Assembly (NCBI GenBank): GCA_027053075.1
Contig: JALUEE010000026.1
Location: 1 to 17,268, forward strand
DNA from: a candidate division WOR-3 bacterium
Lineage (GTDB): Bacteria; Hydrothermota; Hydrothermia; B15-G9; WFZT01
DNA: 17,268 nt
Direction of reading: 5' to 3'
Numbering within the stretch: position 1 is the stretch's first letter; every line of letters begins with the position of its first letter. The notes under the pieces were generated by a model. It searched no databases. It had not been told where the DNA came from and saw only the letters and a list, made by a program, of their open reading frames with translations. The position numbers were made by a program, and so were the translations under genes. This document shows positions 1 to 8,258 of this stretch, one piece after another.

Positions 1-31
1 CTTTATGCTGGTTTGTGTTATAATCAGTCAT
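1..31 (-). CDS. N-terminal fragment (MTDYNTNQHK...) of a gene running off the window, probably the IS transposase
   Basis: AGGAGG 7 nt upstream of the ATG at 31..29, with an open frame to the window edge. Only 10 codons are visible, so the product is inferred from context. Confidence 0.4.
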   Translation of the reverse strand, partial: MTDYNTNQHK

Positions 32-60
32 AGTAGAACCTCCTTATGATGTAATTTTTG

Positions 61-85
61 CCCCCAGGTCCTACGGACCTGGGGG
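61..85. repeat. Perfect 11-bp inverted repeat (CCCCCAGGTCC-TAC-GGACCTGGGGG) inside the IS end
   Basis: Seen directly. No 3' U-tract on either strand, so not a clear intrinsic terminator. Confidence 0.85.
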
Positions 86-131
86 AGTATTATATTGTAC
101 TCCTTACACAAAATTATTCTAACACCCTTCG

Positions 132-554
132 AATCAGGTTCAGGAAAATGTGGAAGTCCCCATGATACATATCGCTGATGCAACGGCGGAGGAAATAAAG
201 AAGAAGGGACTTAAAAAGGTGGGATTGCTGGGCACGAAGTTCACCATGGAGGGTGACTTTTACAGAAAAAGATTTGAAAAGCATGGAATAGAAACGGTAA
301 TTCCGTCAAAGGATGAGCGAGAGGTTATTCACAGGATTATTTATGATGAGCTTGTGGTTGGGATAATACGGGATGAAAGCAGGAAAAAGTATCTTGAAAT
401 AATAGAGAACCTGAAACAGCGAGGTGCAGAAGGGGTGGTCCTGGGCTGTACAGAAATACCATTACTTATCAAGCAGGAGCATGTGGACATACCAGTTTTT
501 GACACAACCAGAATACACGCTCTGAAAGCGGTAGATTTTGCCCTCCAGAAATAG
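132..554 (+). pseudogene. C-terminal half of an aspartate/glutamate racemase family protein (RacX/YgeA-like), 5'-truncated by the IS
   Basis: Motifs PMIHIADATA, KVGLLGTKFTME, GAEGVVLGCTEIPLL and PVFDTT are present. The frame extends upstream only to NQVQENV before IS-like DNA and a TAA at 120-122. The N-terminal domain with the first catalytic residue is missing. Confidence 0.8.
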
Positions 555-605
555 ATACCTTGTGCTAAGTGCAAGGGGGAAATCTGACAGAAATTTTGTG
601 GGATC

Positions 606-1565
606 TCAGGCGGAAGATGCGTCAAGGACGCCTTTCAAGACTTCCTCTCGTTTGTAGTTCAGGTAATTGTAGAAGTTTTCGAGATTTTCAACGACATCTC
701 TATCAGGCAATTTCTCCAATAATTTTATGCCGTTATCGAGAAATACTTTTGCCTTCCCGAGGGCATATTCATAGCCATCATTTTCGATCACAAACCTTTT
801 TAGTTCCTCGAGTTCCATGTCGAGGGATATTTCATGGTGGTTACTTGAGTTTATGAGTGCACCAATTACTGGAAGGGTTATTTTTTCAAGGCTTATGTCG
901 CTATCAGTATCGGAGAAAAGGTCTTCGCAATCATCAATGATCTGATACGCCATGCCAAAGTTGTAGCCCAATTTTCGGGCCGTTTCCTGAACTTCTGAAT
1001 TCATTCCACGCCATAGGGCTCCAAGCTTAAAACTTGCTTCAAACAACGAGGCAGTTTTCTTGTAAATGACTTTGTAGTAAAAATCTTCCTTTAACCTGTC
1101 CTCAAATTTAAGGATTTCCTCAAGGAACTCACCTTCAACCATGACAAGCACTGATGAAAGAAAGACATCCATTATGTCAGGATTTCTAAGCTCATTTGTG
1201 GCCATAATTGCCCTTGAAAAGACAAAGTCTCCGGCGAGAACAGCGACAGAGTTGCCAAAGCGGTAGTTCAGGGCAAGGTTGTCTCTTCTAAACTGTGCCT
1301 CATCCACAATATCATCATGTATGAGGGATGATGCATGAATTAGTTCGATGGCCGTTGCAAGAATGATGGCGCCTCTCTCGAGACCTGTGTATGCCCTTGC
1401 CATAAATAGAAGTGAGGCAGGCCTTAATCTTTTGCCCATTGAAACGTATTTTTTTAGAGGAAAATCGTAATCAATGGACAGTCTATTAACAATCTCTTCC
1501 TCTACTTTGTGTAGAGAAGGCAGAATTGGCTCATATACCTGTTCGAGGAGCTTATCAACTTTCAT
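606..1565 (-). CDS. Trans-polyprenyl diphosphate synthase, probably long-chain (hepta/octaprenyl, IspB/HepT-like)
   Basis: GKRLRP, first Asp-rich motif LIHDDIVD...RR, KT motif (KKTASLF) and second motif YQIIDDCED. Small residues (S,S) at -4/-5 before the first motif favour long-chain products. Confidence 0.9.
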   Translation of the reverse strand: MKVDKLLEQVYEPILPSLHKVEEEIVNRLSIDYDFPLKKYVSMGKRLRPASLLFMARAYTGLERGAIILATAIELIHASSLIHDDIVDEAQFRRDNLALNYRFGNSVAVLAGDFVFSRAIMATNELRNPDIMDVFLSSVLVMVEGEFLEEILKFEDRLKEDFYYKVIYKKTASLFEASFKLGALWRGMNSEVQETARKLGYNFGMAYQIIDDCEDLFSDTDSDISLEKITLPVIGALINSSNHHEISLDMELEELKRFVIENDGYEYALGKAKVFLDNGIKLLEKLPDRDVVENLENFYNYLNYKREEVLKGVLDASSA

Positions 1566-1576
1566 AGGTCGGACTA

Positions 1577-1606
1577 ATTATAACTGTTGAATTTCCGGGA
1601 TGTCAA
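1577..1606 (-). promoter_or_regulatory. Sigma70-type promoter for the polyprenyl synthase
   Basis: TTGACA-18 nt-TATAAT, with the ATG 11 nt after the -10 and no Shine-Dalgarno. Confidence 0.7.
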
Positions 1607-1611
1607 ATAGG

Positions 1612-4600
1612 TCATAGATTTGATAATATTTTTTTAAACTCCACAAATTCTTGAATGATTGGGGCATTTTTATAGTACTCGTCTATATCTTCCAATCTTT
1701 CTCCTCGTTTCTCAAGATTTTCAATAAGACCGGTAAATTTATCCCTTATTTCGGCTGCTTTTTCTTTATTACCCATGGCAAGGTAGGATTTCATCATATA
1801 AAAGTAGGCAAGAGATTCAAAGAAAAGGGAATTTGAAATCTTTAAGAGTGATAGAAGCTCCTGAAATGTTTTAAGAGCATCTTGGTATTTTTTATTGTCA
1901 AAAAGACATTTCCCGAAGTGCAATAGTTGTCTCTGTGCGTAGAAAAAGTAACCATTACTCTCAGAAAATTCGATGAGGTCCTGGAAACGTTTTTTGCATT
2001 TCTCTATATCACCTGCCCGATTGCTTAGAAGAGCCGTGTACTCAAGATAGTGCATCTTCGGAAACGCAAGGGTTTGAATGATAGATTTGTAAGTGACATA
2101 GAGGTCTTTATCATCGATGGTGACATGTCCGAGCATCAAGTCATTTATTGCAGTTATTATCTCTCTGATGCAGTTGCAGATAGGGAAGGGTTTTGTGTAC
2201 TCACTCGAAATTTTGAGGACCTTTTTATTCATTCCGTAGTTTTCAAGGTCAAAAAGGATGGTTGAGATAATATTGAATACAAATGGGGCGGGCTCTCGTA
2301 ATGGCTGGGGATTTTTGAAAGCCTTTAAAAGATAGTCGTTTATTATTTTAAGTGAGCCAAATGGATTGAGAAATATTAAATCGAGCAGGGCCCTTATGGC
2401 GTAAGCTTTTAATTTAATCGGGAAACTTTCGCATCTGTTAAGATATTTCTGTAGCTCTGTAATTGTCTTAAAGGCTTTTGTATAGGATCCACCAACGATG
2501 TAAATGAGGGCCATGTAAAGGTTAACCTCGAGAAAATGCAGAGAATTTGGAGCGCTGGAGAGTCTTGATTGAGCATTCTCAAGCCTGAAGATAGCATTTT
2601 TCATATCCCCTGTGAAGAAGTAGCACATAGCCTCTTCCTTCAGAATCAGTCCTATCAAAGTGGGATCAAGCAGTTTCTTGGCCTCGTCCATGGCCTGAGA
2701 AAGCATGGCAAAGGCAAGCTCGAGGTCCCCCCTAAGTCTCTTTATCTTCGCACCATAGATAACTGCAAGTATCTTCTGTCTGATTCTCGAACGGCTTTTT
2801 GCAATTCTATAGCCTTCTACGAAATATTTCTCGGCTTTGTCCAGCTTTGCCATTTGCAGGTAAAATACTCCTGTGACAAGATAGATGTCTATGAGTTCAT
2901 CATAGGCATGGGTGGATGAAAGGAGTTTGGTGGCCTTTTTTATTTCCTCTGTAGCGGCAGAGAGCTTGCCAAGGTCAATGTAAATTCTGGCTTTGAAGAG
3001 ATGGGCCCTTCCTTCCTCAAGGATATTCCTTGCCTTCTGCGCCTCAGTAATGGCAAGGTGAAAGACTTTATCAGCCTCTGAGAGATTACCAGCTGCATAC
3101 TTTATTTCAGCAAGCAAATTTATGTATCTTGCTCTGTCCGTTTGATCCACATTTTGACTCAAAATTTCTCTTACGTCTCTCTCTGCTTCGGCAAACCTTG
3201 AAAGCACGATATTTATTCTTGCCTTGTTTTCGAGGATTCTCAGGTAAATGGATTCGTGTACAGGCAGAGCTTTTTCCGTCTCTTTCAGCTTGTTGTAGGC
3301 ATCCAGAGCCATGTCGTAGAATTTGAGCGCGTCCTTAATCGAGCCGTTAACTTCTGCCCACTGGCCAGAGGAGATCAAATAGTACAGTGCTTTGTCATAG
3401 ATTCCGGCTCTAAGATAGTTGAGGGCCACGTCTGGCATCAGGTCCTTCTCACCGTATAACATCTTCTCCTCGAGGACAGATGCAGAGGTCTGGTAAATCT
3501 TTCTCAAAGCCTCGTCTGTCTGCCTTTGATGTAGTTTTTTCCTGACAAAATTTTTAATACTTTCGTTAATAAACTGATAAACTACCTCGCCCTCTTCGGT
3601 TTCTTTTAGTTTCCTTATAAAGCCGTTCTGGGCAGATAGCTCGAGATTCTTTTTAACGTATGAATCTATATCGTCGCCGCTGTATTTAAAAGCTGAATTT
3701 TTCTTGATAACCTTGACAATATCACTTGATGAAAAGGTTGTCCCGAGGGTTGAGGCAATGCCAAGAATGAATAGGATATCATCACTTATTTTCTGAATTT
3801 TCCTTTCAAAAATCTTCTCAATCTCCGGTGTGAATTTAACATCCCCTTTGCCTTCCCAGACCCATTTGCCACCTTTCTTCCGAAGTTCGCCATTTTCAAT
3901 CAGTGATTTTAGCAATTCTTTCATAAATAGCGGGATGGCGGATGTCTCTTTTATTACAAATTCGATCAGTTCATCCGGAATTGATGTGGTAAGGAGGAAA
4001 TCCTCTATGTATTCACGAACCTTTTCGCGAGTAAAGGGCTTGAGATCAATGATATTTAGCAGATTAGATTTTTCAAAATAATCAAATGTGCTCTCTACTT
4101 TTTCCTTTTCCGAAAGGGATTCGGTTGAGTAGGTCCCAACGAATAAAATTCTGGCCCACTTGTATGTTGCTACAAGATGCGTGAGTACAGTGTAAGAGAG
4201 GTCATCAATATACTCGAGGTCGTCAATTGCTATAACAATGGTGCCCGCCTCTACAAACATTTCAACCAGTTTCTCAAGCCAGCCTATAAGGCGGAGTTTC
4301 CGTTCATCTTCATCGAGTTCTTCTTCTGGAATGGCGTTTTTTGCAAGCTGGGGGATGGTCTCGGCGATGACAGGAGGTACCTCGTCAATACTGCTTAAAA
4401 GCTCCAGGTTTGTGGGGTCCTGAATGAAATCGCGAATTAAACCAACTATTGCACTCGCTGTCGCTGGTGTCTGGGTGGCTGAGAGATTTGTTTTAAATAT
4501 CCAGGTATTTTTGTCACCCTGAATTTTGTTTAAAAATTCTTCAAGCAGGGTCGTTTTACCGATTCCTACAGGACCCCTTATAAAGACGATTTTTTCGACC

Positions 4601-6366
4601 CCTTTCCCTGAAACCGTCTCATAAATATCAAGCAGTGTATTGAGTTCATTCTCTCTATTTACAAATTCCGGTATGTGGTATTCCTGTCTCTCCTGGGACA
4701 GGCTTGAGAGGCAAACAACTCGAGAAGAAACGTCTCTCCTGTGAGTCCCTGCTCTTAAACTTATCTCAGTTAGCACAAATTCGAGTCTTTTTAAAACGTC
4801 TCGAAAATCACCTGCCTCTTTAGGATACTCAATAAGGCCGGCTTCAAGTTTAATTTCGTAATAATCTCCAAGAATGCTCTCTTTTTTCTCAATGACGTCC
4901 ACGAGTTGCTCGAGATATTTTTTAAGTTTGAAACACGGACTTTTATGAAGAAAAAGAAAAACATCCTGGTATAGGCGGGTGACAAATACATTCCCCTTTT
5001 CAATGTCATCCCCTAACCTGCTTTTTATCTCAAGCCCGATTGTTTGAATTACATTTGTGGCAATGTCCTCCCCATAGGATTCAATAAAACTCTGAAATCC
5101 TTCGATATTAAGGATGGCGAAGGTGAGAGTTTCATTTCTCCGCATGGCCCTTGCCATTTCTTCATTTGCGACTGAAAAGAACTGACAGGGATTCATAAAG
5201 CCAGTAACCGGGTCTTCTCCCTGGTAGTTTTTCATCCTTTTAATCAGGGGCATTCCACGGAACTTTATCGAGAGAAGGGTTTTGCATTCCTGGAGCATCT
5301 TCATAAAACTGATAAGCGATTCCCTGTCGTATCCGGTTTCTGCAGCCATGCGGAGGTAATTTATGGCCTCATCCACTTTGCCGAGTTCAAGGTACCGGTT
5401 TGCGAGGTCAACAAGATAGTGGGCGTATTCACGGGATTGAAGCTCAGGTCTTTCCTGGATCATTCTTGCAAGCACTTCGAGTGCCCTGCTGTTATTTGGG
5501 TCCTTGTCAAGGGCGTTTAAAAGACTTTGAAGGGCGTTTTTCAGGTCTCCGGACCGGTAATAGAGTTCGGCAAGTTCTGTATAGTATTTCGAAGCCTCCT
5601 CAAGGTCTCCTTTTTTCTCGAGAAGGGTTATAAGTTCCCGGTAGTCATTTATCGTGCCATTAGATTCGACGATTCTCTGTTTAAGCTCCTTAATTGCTTC
5701 GTTCAGTGTTTCTTTATCGACAGTGGAGCTTATTGCAAGCTTAACTTTTATCTTCTTATAAAATGGGCTATCTTTTGGGATTTTTTTGTAAAGTTCCTGA
5801 GCCCTGTCAATTTTTCCAAGTTGTTCGTATTTTTCGGCGATATTTATCAACAATTTTTCGTAAAAGCCAGATTTGTCTTTGAGCTTTTCTTCAACAATAC
5901 TCGTGATTATTTGAAGCATTTCTTCGTCTTTTGCGAAGTTTTTGAGAATATACTCGAGGTCGTGGTAAAGCTGTTCCTTATTGATAAAAATTTCACCTGC
6001 GCGGACTTTTTCCACATATTCCCTGATCACCTCTTCAGATTCCCTGATCATTTCCTGTTTGAGGTAGAGATCGGCGAGTTTGAAATAAACGTAGCGGTCT
6101 TTTGGCATCACCCTCTTGGCTTTTTTCAGGATGGCGATGGCGTATTCGTAAAGTTCCTGACTTTCATAAATTCTTGCAGCCTCAGCATAACTTTTCAGTG
6201 CTTCATCAACTGCCCCCGATTTTGCATATAGGTCCCCAAGCATATTGTAAATAGATGCATCGTTGGGATTCTCGGCTATAACCTTTTTATATTCTTCGAT
6301 AGCGGCATTGTAATTGCCCTTTAATTCATACTGCCGCGCTTTTTTCAATATATCAGCTTTTACCAT
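1612..6366 (-). CDS. 1584-aa multidomain protein: N-terminal TPRs, degenerate GGDEF domain, STAND-class P-loop ATPase (AAA_16-like), C-terminal TPR/helical repeats
   Basis: TPR patterns at about aa 1-360. GGDEF fold from DPVTGFMN (aa 385) with RLYQDVF in place of RxGGDEF. FVNRENEL (aa 568), Walker A GPVGIGKT (aa 598), Walker B IVIAIDD (aa 710), and SAIPLF at the GxP position. MalT-like TPR helices follow. Confidence 0.85.
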   Translation of the reverse strand: MVKADILKKARQYELKGNYNAAIEEYKKVIAENPNDASIYNMLGDLYAKSGAVDEALKSYAEAARIYESQELYEYAIAILKKAKRVMPKDRYVYFKLADLYLKQEMIRESEEVIREYVEKVRAGEIFINKEQLYHDLEYILKNFAKDEEMLQIITSIVEEKLKDKSGFYEKLLINIAEKYEQLGKIDRAQELYKKIPKDSPFYKKIKVKLAISSTVDKETLNEAIKELKQRIVESNGTINDYRELITLLEKKGDLEEASKYYTELAELYYRSGDLKNALQSLLNALDKDPNNSRALEVLARMIQERPELQSREYAHYLVDLANRYLELGKVDEAINYLRMAAETGYDRESLISFMKMLQECKTLLSIKFRGMPLIKRMKNYQGEDPVTGFMNPCQFFSVANEEMARAMRRNETLTFAILNIEGFQSFIESYGEDIATNVIQTIGLEIKSRLGDDIEKGNVFVTRLYQDVFLFLHKSPCFKLKKYLEQLVDVIEKKESILGDYYEIKLEAGLIEYPKEAGDFRDVLKRLEFVLTEISLRAGTHRRDVSSRVVCLSSLSQERQEYHIPEFVNRENELNTLLDIYETVSGKGVEKIVFIRGPVGIGKTTLLEEFLNKIQGDKNTWIFKTNLSATQTPATASAIVGLIRDFIQDPTNLELLSSIDEVPPVIAETIPQLAKNAIPEEELDEDERKLRLIGWLEKLVEMFVEAGTIVIAIDDLEYIDDLSYTVLTHLVATYKWARILFVGTYSTESLSEKEKVESTFDYFEKSNLLNIIDLKPFTREKVREYIEDFLLTTSIPDELIEFVIKETSAIPLFMKELLKSLIENGELRKKGGKWVWEGKGDVKFTPEIEKIFERKIQKISDDILFILGIASTLGTTFSSSDIVKVIKKNSAFKYSGDDIDSYVKKNLELSAQNGFIRKLKETEEGEVVYQFINESIKNFVRKKLHQRQTDEALRKIYQTSASVLEEKMLYGEKDLMPDVALNYLRAGIYDKALYYLISSGQWAEVNGSIKDALKFYDMALDAYNKLKETEKALPVHESIYLRILENKARINIVLSRFAEAERDVREILSQNVDQTDRARYINLLAEIKYAAGNLSEADKVFHLAITEAQKARNILEEGRAHLFKARIYIDLGKLSAATEEIKKATKLLSSTHAYDELIDIYLVTGVFYLQMAKLDKAEKYFVEGYRIAKSRSRIRQKILAVIYGAKIKRLRGDLELAFAMLSQAMDEAKKLLDPTLIGLILKEEAMCYFFTGDMKNAIFRLENAQSRLSSAPNSLHFLEVNLYMALIYIVGGSYTKAFKTITELQKYLNRCESFPIKLKAYAIRALLDLIFLNPFGSLKIINDYLLKAFKNPQPLREPAPFVFNIISTILFDLENYGMNKKVLKISSEYTKPFPICNCIREIITAINDLMLGHVTIDDKDLYVTYKSIIQTLAFPKMHYLEYTALLSNRAGDIEKCKKRFQDLIEFSESNGYFFYAQRQLLHFGKCLFDNKKYQDALKTFQELLSLLKISNSLFFESLAYFYMMKSYLAMGNKEKAAEIRDKFTGLIENLEKRGERLEDIDEYYKNAPIIQEFVEFKKILSNL

Positions 6367-6375
6367 TTCGCCTGA

Positions 6376-6405
6376 ATTATAAAAGTTTTGAGGCTTTTAC
6401 GTCAA
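6376..6405 (-). promoter_or_regulatory. Sigma70-type promoter for the STAND protein gene
   Basis: TTGACG-18 nt-TATAAT, with the ATG 9 nt after the -10. Confidence 0.7.
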
Positions 6406-6412
6406 TGAAAGT

Positions 6413-7549
6413 TTATAAACTTTTTACGTATAATCTATAAGTTTTGTACTTTTTGCCACCCATAAATTCGGTGGCTCTGATGATGAGGTAGTTATCCTCA
6501 AGTAGCCAGGAAACCTCGCAATAGCTCCATTTCCTGATTTTGAGGCCGTCTTCAAGAAATCTGTAATACATCAAAGAATCAGCGCCTCTTTTTCTATAAC
6601 CTTTTTTGATTCCAAGGGCTATTAAACGAAGGCCATCGATTTTCTTAAATTCAAAGAAAAGCCTGAAGATGCCAAATGGGAAAAGTTTCCCTCTAATCTT
6701 CCTCAAAATCTGGTTTACATCAGGGATGAGGAGCCCAAATGCGGCGGGGTCGCCTTTGTATTCAACGATTTTTGTAAGCTCCGGTATGGCTATTTGCTTG
6801 AGATCAAGGGCAAGGTGCTCAAACTCTTTGTCGGTCATTGGGACGAATCCCCAGTTCTTTTCCCACGCGTTATTGTAGATATCGCGTAAACGCGGAATTT
6901 CCTCATCTACCTTTTTAAAGTTAACATTCCTTATGGTAAAACCGTTTTTCATTGCTTTTTCTGCGAGGGGCTTGAGTCTCCTCTTCAACCTGTCGGTAAA
7001 GGCAATGAATTTGTCGTCAACATTAATTATGTATGCTAAGAGGTCTTTTGCCTTTCTGAAACCGTACTTTTCGATATGCTCGGCATAAAATGGTGGATTG
7101 TATGGCATCATTACAACAGGAGGTTTATCAAATCCCTCTATCAGTAGCCCAGCTACACTATTTGTGGAAAATGACAGGGGGCCTAAAATTTGTTCCATCC
7201 CGCGTTTTCTAAGCCATTCGGATGCGGTGTCAAATAGAGCCTTCGAGACAGCATAATCGTTAATAGTCTCGAAAAATCCAAACTGGCCGGTCTTCTCATC
7301 GTGGAATTCGTTATAGTTGTGGTCAATGTGGGCAGTGATTCGACCGACAGGTTGACCGTCTTTGTAGGCAACAAAAAGCTGGACCTCTGAATGCTCATAG
7401 AATGGATTTTTCTCCGGGTTAAAAGTCTTTTTCTCTTCCATAATCAGGGGTGCTACCCAGTTGGGGTCATTCTTGTAGAGCTTGAACGGCAATTTTATAA
7501 ATGTCATCAAGTCCTTCTTTGTTTTTACGGGTCTTACTTCTATAGCCAT
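6413..7549 (-). CDS. GNAT-like N-acyltransferase of the YghO / bacterial ceramide synthase-like family
   Basis: Family motifs FIKLP..LYKNDPNWVAPL, NPFYEH, GRITA, FGFFE, GLLIEGFD.PP.VMMPYNPP, AWEKNWGFVP and EVSWLLEDN. Start moved to the ATG at 7549 (MAIEV), which has GGAGG upstream and directly follows the HAD stop. Confidence 0.8.
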   Translation of the reverse strand: MAIEVRPVKTKKDLMTFIKLPFKLYKNDPNWVAPLIMEEKKTFNPEKNPFYEHSEVQLFVAYKDGQPVGRITAHIDHNYNEFHDEKTGQFGFFETINDYAVSKALFDTASEWLRKRGMEQILGPLSFSTNSVAGLLIEGFDKPPVVMMPYNPPFYAEHIEKYGFRKAKDLLAYIINVDDKFIAFTDRLKRRLKPLAEKAMKNGFTIRNVNFKKVDEEIPRLRDIYNNAWEKNWGFVPMTDKEFEHLALDLKQIAIPELTKIVEYKGDPAAFGLLIPDVNQILRKIRGKLFPFGIFRLFFEFKKIDGLRLIALGIKKGYRKRGADSLMYYRFLEDGLKIRKWSYCEVSWLLEDNYLIIRATEFMGGKKYKTYRLYVKSL

Positions 7550-7550
7550 A

Positions 7551-8258
7551 TTAAAGCCTCCCATCTAAAATTATTGGCAAAATTTCGCTAAAATTCTTTA
7601 CTTTAAAGTTTGCAAGCTGGTGAATTTCGGGTCCCACGAGTATAACTTTCATCCCCACTCTTCTGGCACCCAGGACATCATGTTTCGGTGAGTTTCCAAC
7701 GTAGATAGATTTTTCTCCTTTAACCCCTGCCTTTTTAAATGCAACCCTGAAAATTTTCGGGTTGGGCTTTCCAACACCAACCTCTTCTGATGTCGTCACT
7801 GAGTCAAAGAATTTCTCAAGGTCAAATTTTTTGAGAACTCCATAAATAAGGTCTGTGACGATATCAGAAATTATGCCGATATGGCCTTTAAACTCACTCC
7901 TCAATTTTTCTAAAGCTGGTAAAACATCTGGAAAGAGTTCCATGTATTTGACATGAAGGTCAATGTAGGTTTTGACAAAATTTTCTTTCTCCTCTTCACT
8001 TAAGGTCTTTCCAAATTTTCTGGCAAGTTTTTCGATGGAGTTTTTTAGAATTCCACTGACATCAGGCCATTTTTGCTCGGCATTTTCAATTTCAACAAGC
8101 AGGTCATGAGTTAGAAATTTGTCTATCTCTTCGTGTGATAATGGGATGCCGTAACGTTTTTTTACAAAGTCTGCGATGTGGTAGTGTGCAACTCGATCTG
8201 ATTCCTCACTTACCATAGTCCCACCAAAGTCAAAAAATATAGCCTCGAGCTCTTTCAT
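7551..8258 (-). CDS. HAD-superfamily hydrolase (subfamily IA)
   Basis: Motif I FFDFGGT, motif II GIISD, motif III GKPNPKIF, motif IV YVGNSPKHD. ATGA overlap with the upstream protease stop. Confidence 0.88.
   Translation of the reverse strand: MKELEAIFFDFGGTMVSEESDRVAHYHIADFVKKRYGIPLSHEEIDKFLTHDLLVEIENAEQKWPDVSGILKNSIEKLARKFGKTLSEEEKENFVKTYIDLHVKYMELFPDVLPALEKLRSEFKGHIGIISDIVTDLIYGVLKKFDLEKFFDSVTTSEEVGVGKPNPKIFRVAFKKAGVKGEKSIYVGNSPKHDVLGARRVGMKVILVGPEIHQLANFKVKNFSEILPIILDGRL

Larger units (their letters stand above)
1..130 (-). mobile_element. Left end of a probable IS256-family insertion sequence (partial, runs off the window start)
   Basis: The minus strand reads GAAGGGTGTTAGAATAATTTTGTGTAAGG (130->102), resembling IS256-type terminal repeats (GTGT...TTTTGTGTAA). 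It is followed by TATAAT, a hairpin, an AGGAGG RBS and an ATG at 31. It abuts a mid-gene racemase fragment. Boundary uncertain (about 127-131); family call rests on the end motif only. Confidence 0.55.

Noticed and set aside
559..577. Possible terminator between the convergent racemase and polyprenyl synthase genes (CCTTGTGC-TAA-GTGCAAGG)
   Set aside because: The stem needs two G-U pairs and has no adjacent U-tract, so it is too weak to call.
5527..6231. 234-aa plus-strand Phe-rich ORF and the other short antisense or alternate-frame ORFs in the track
   Set aside because: They are shadows of Lys/Glu-rich minus-strand genes and lie within well-supported CDSs.
1612..6366. Calling the STAND protein an active diguanylate cyclase or a known Avs defence system
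   Set aside because: GGDEF catalytic residues are absent, no nuclease, SIR2, TIR or protease effector is visible, and the neighbours are not defence genes.
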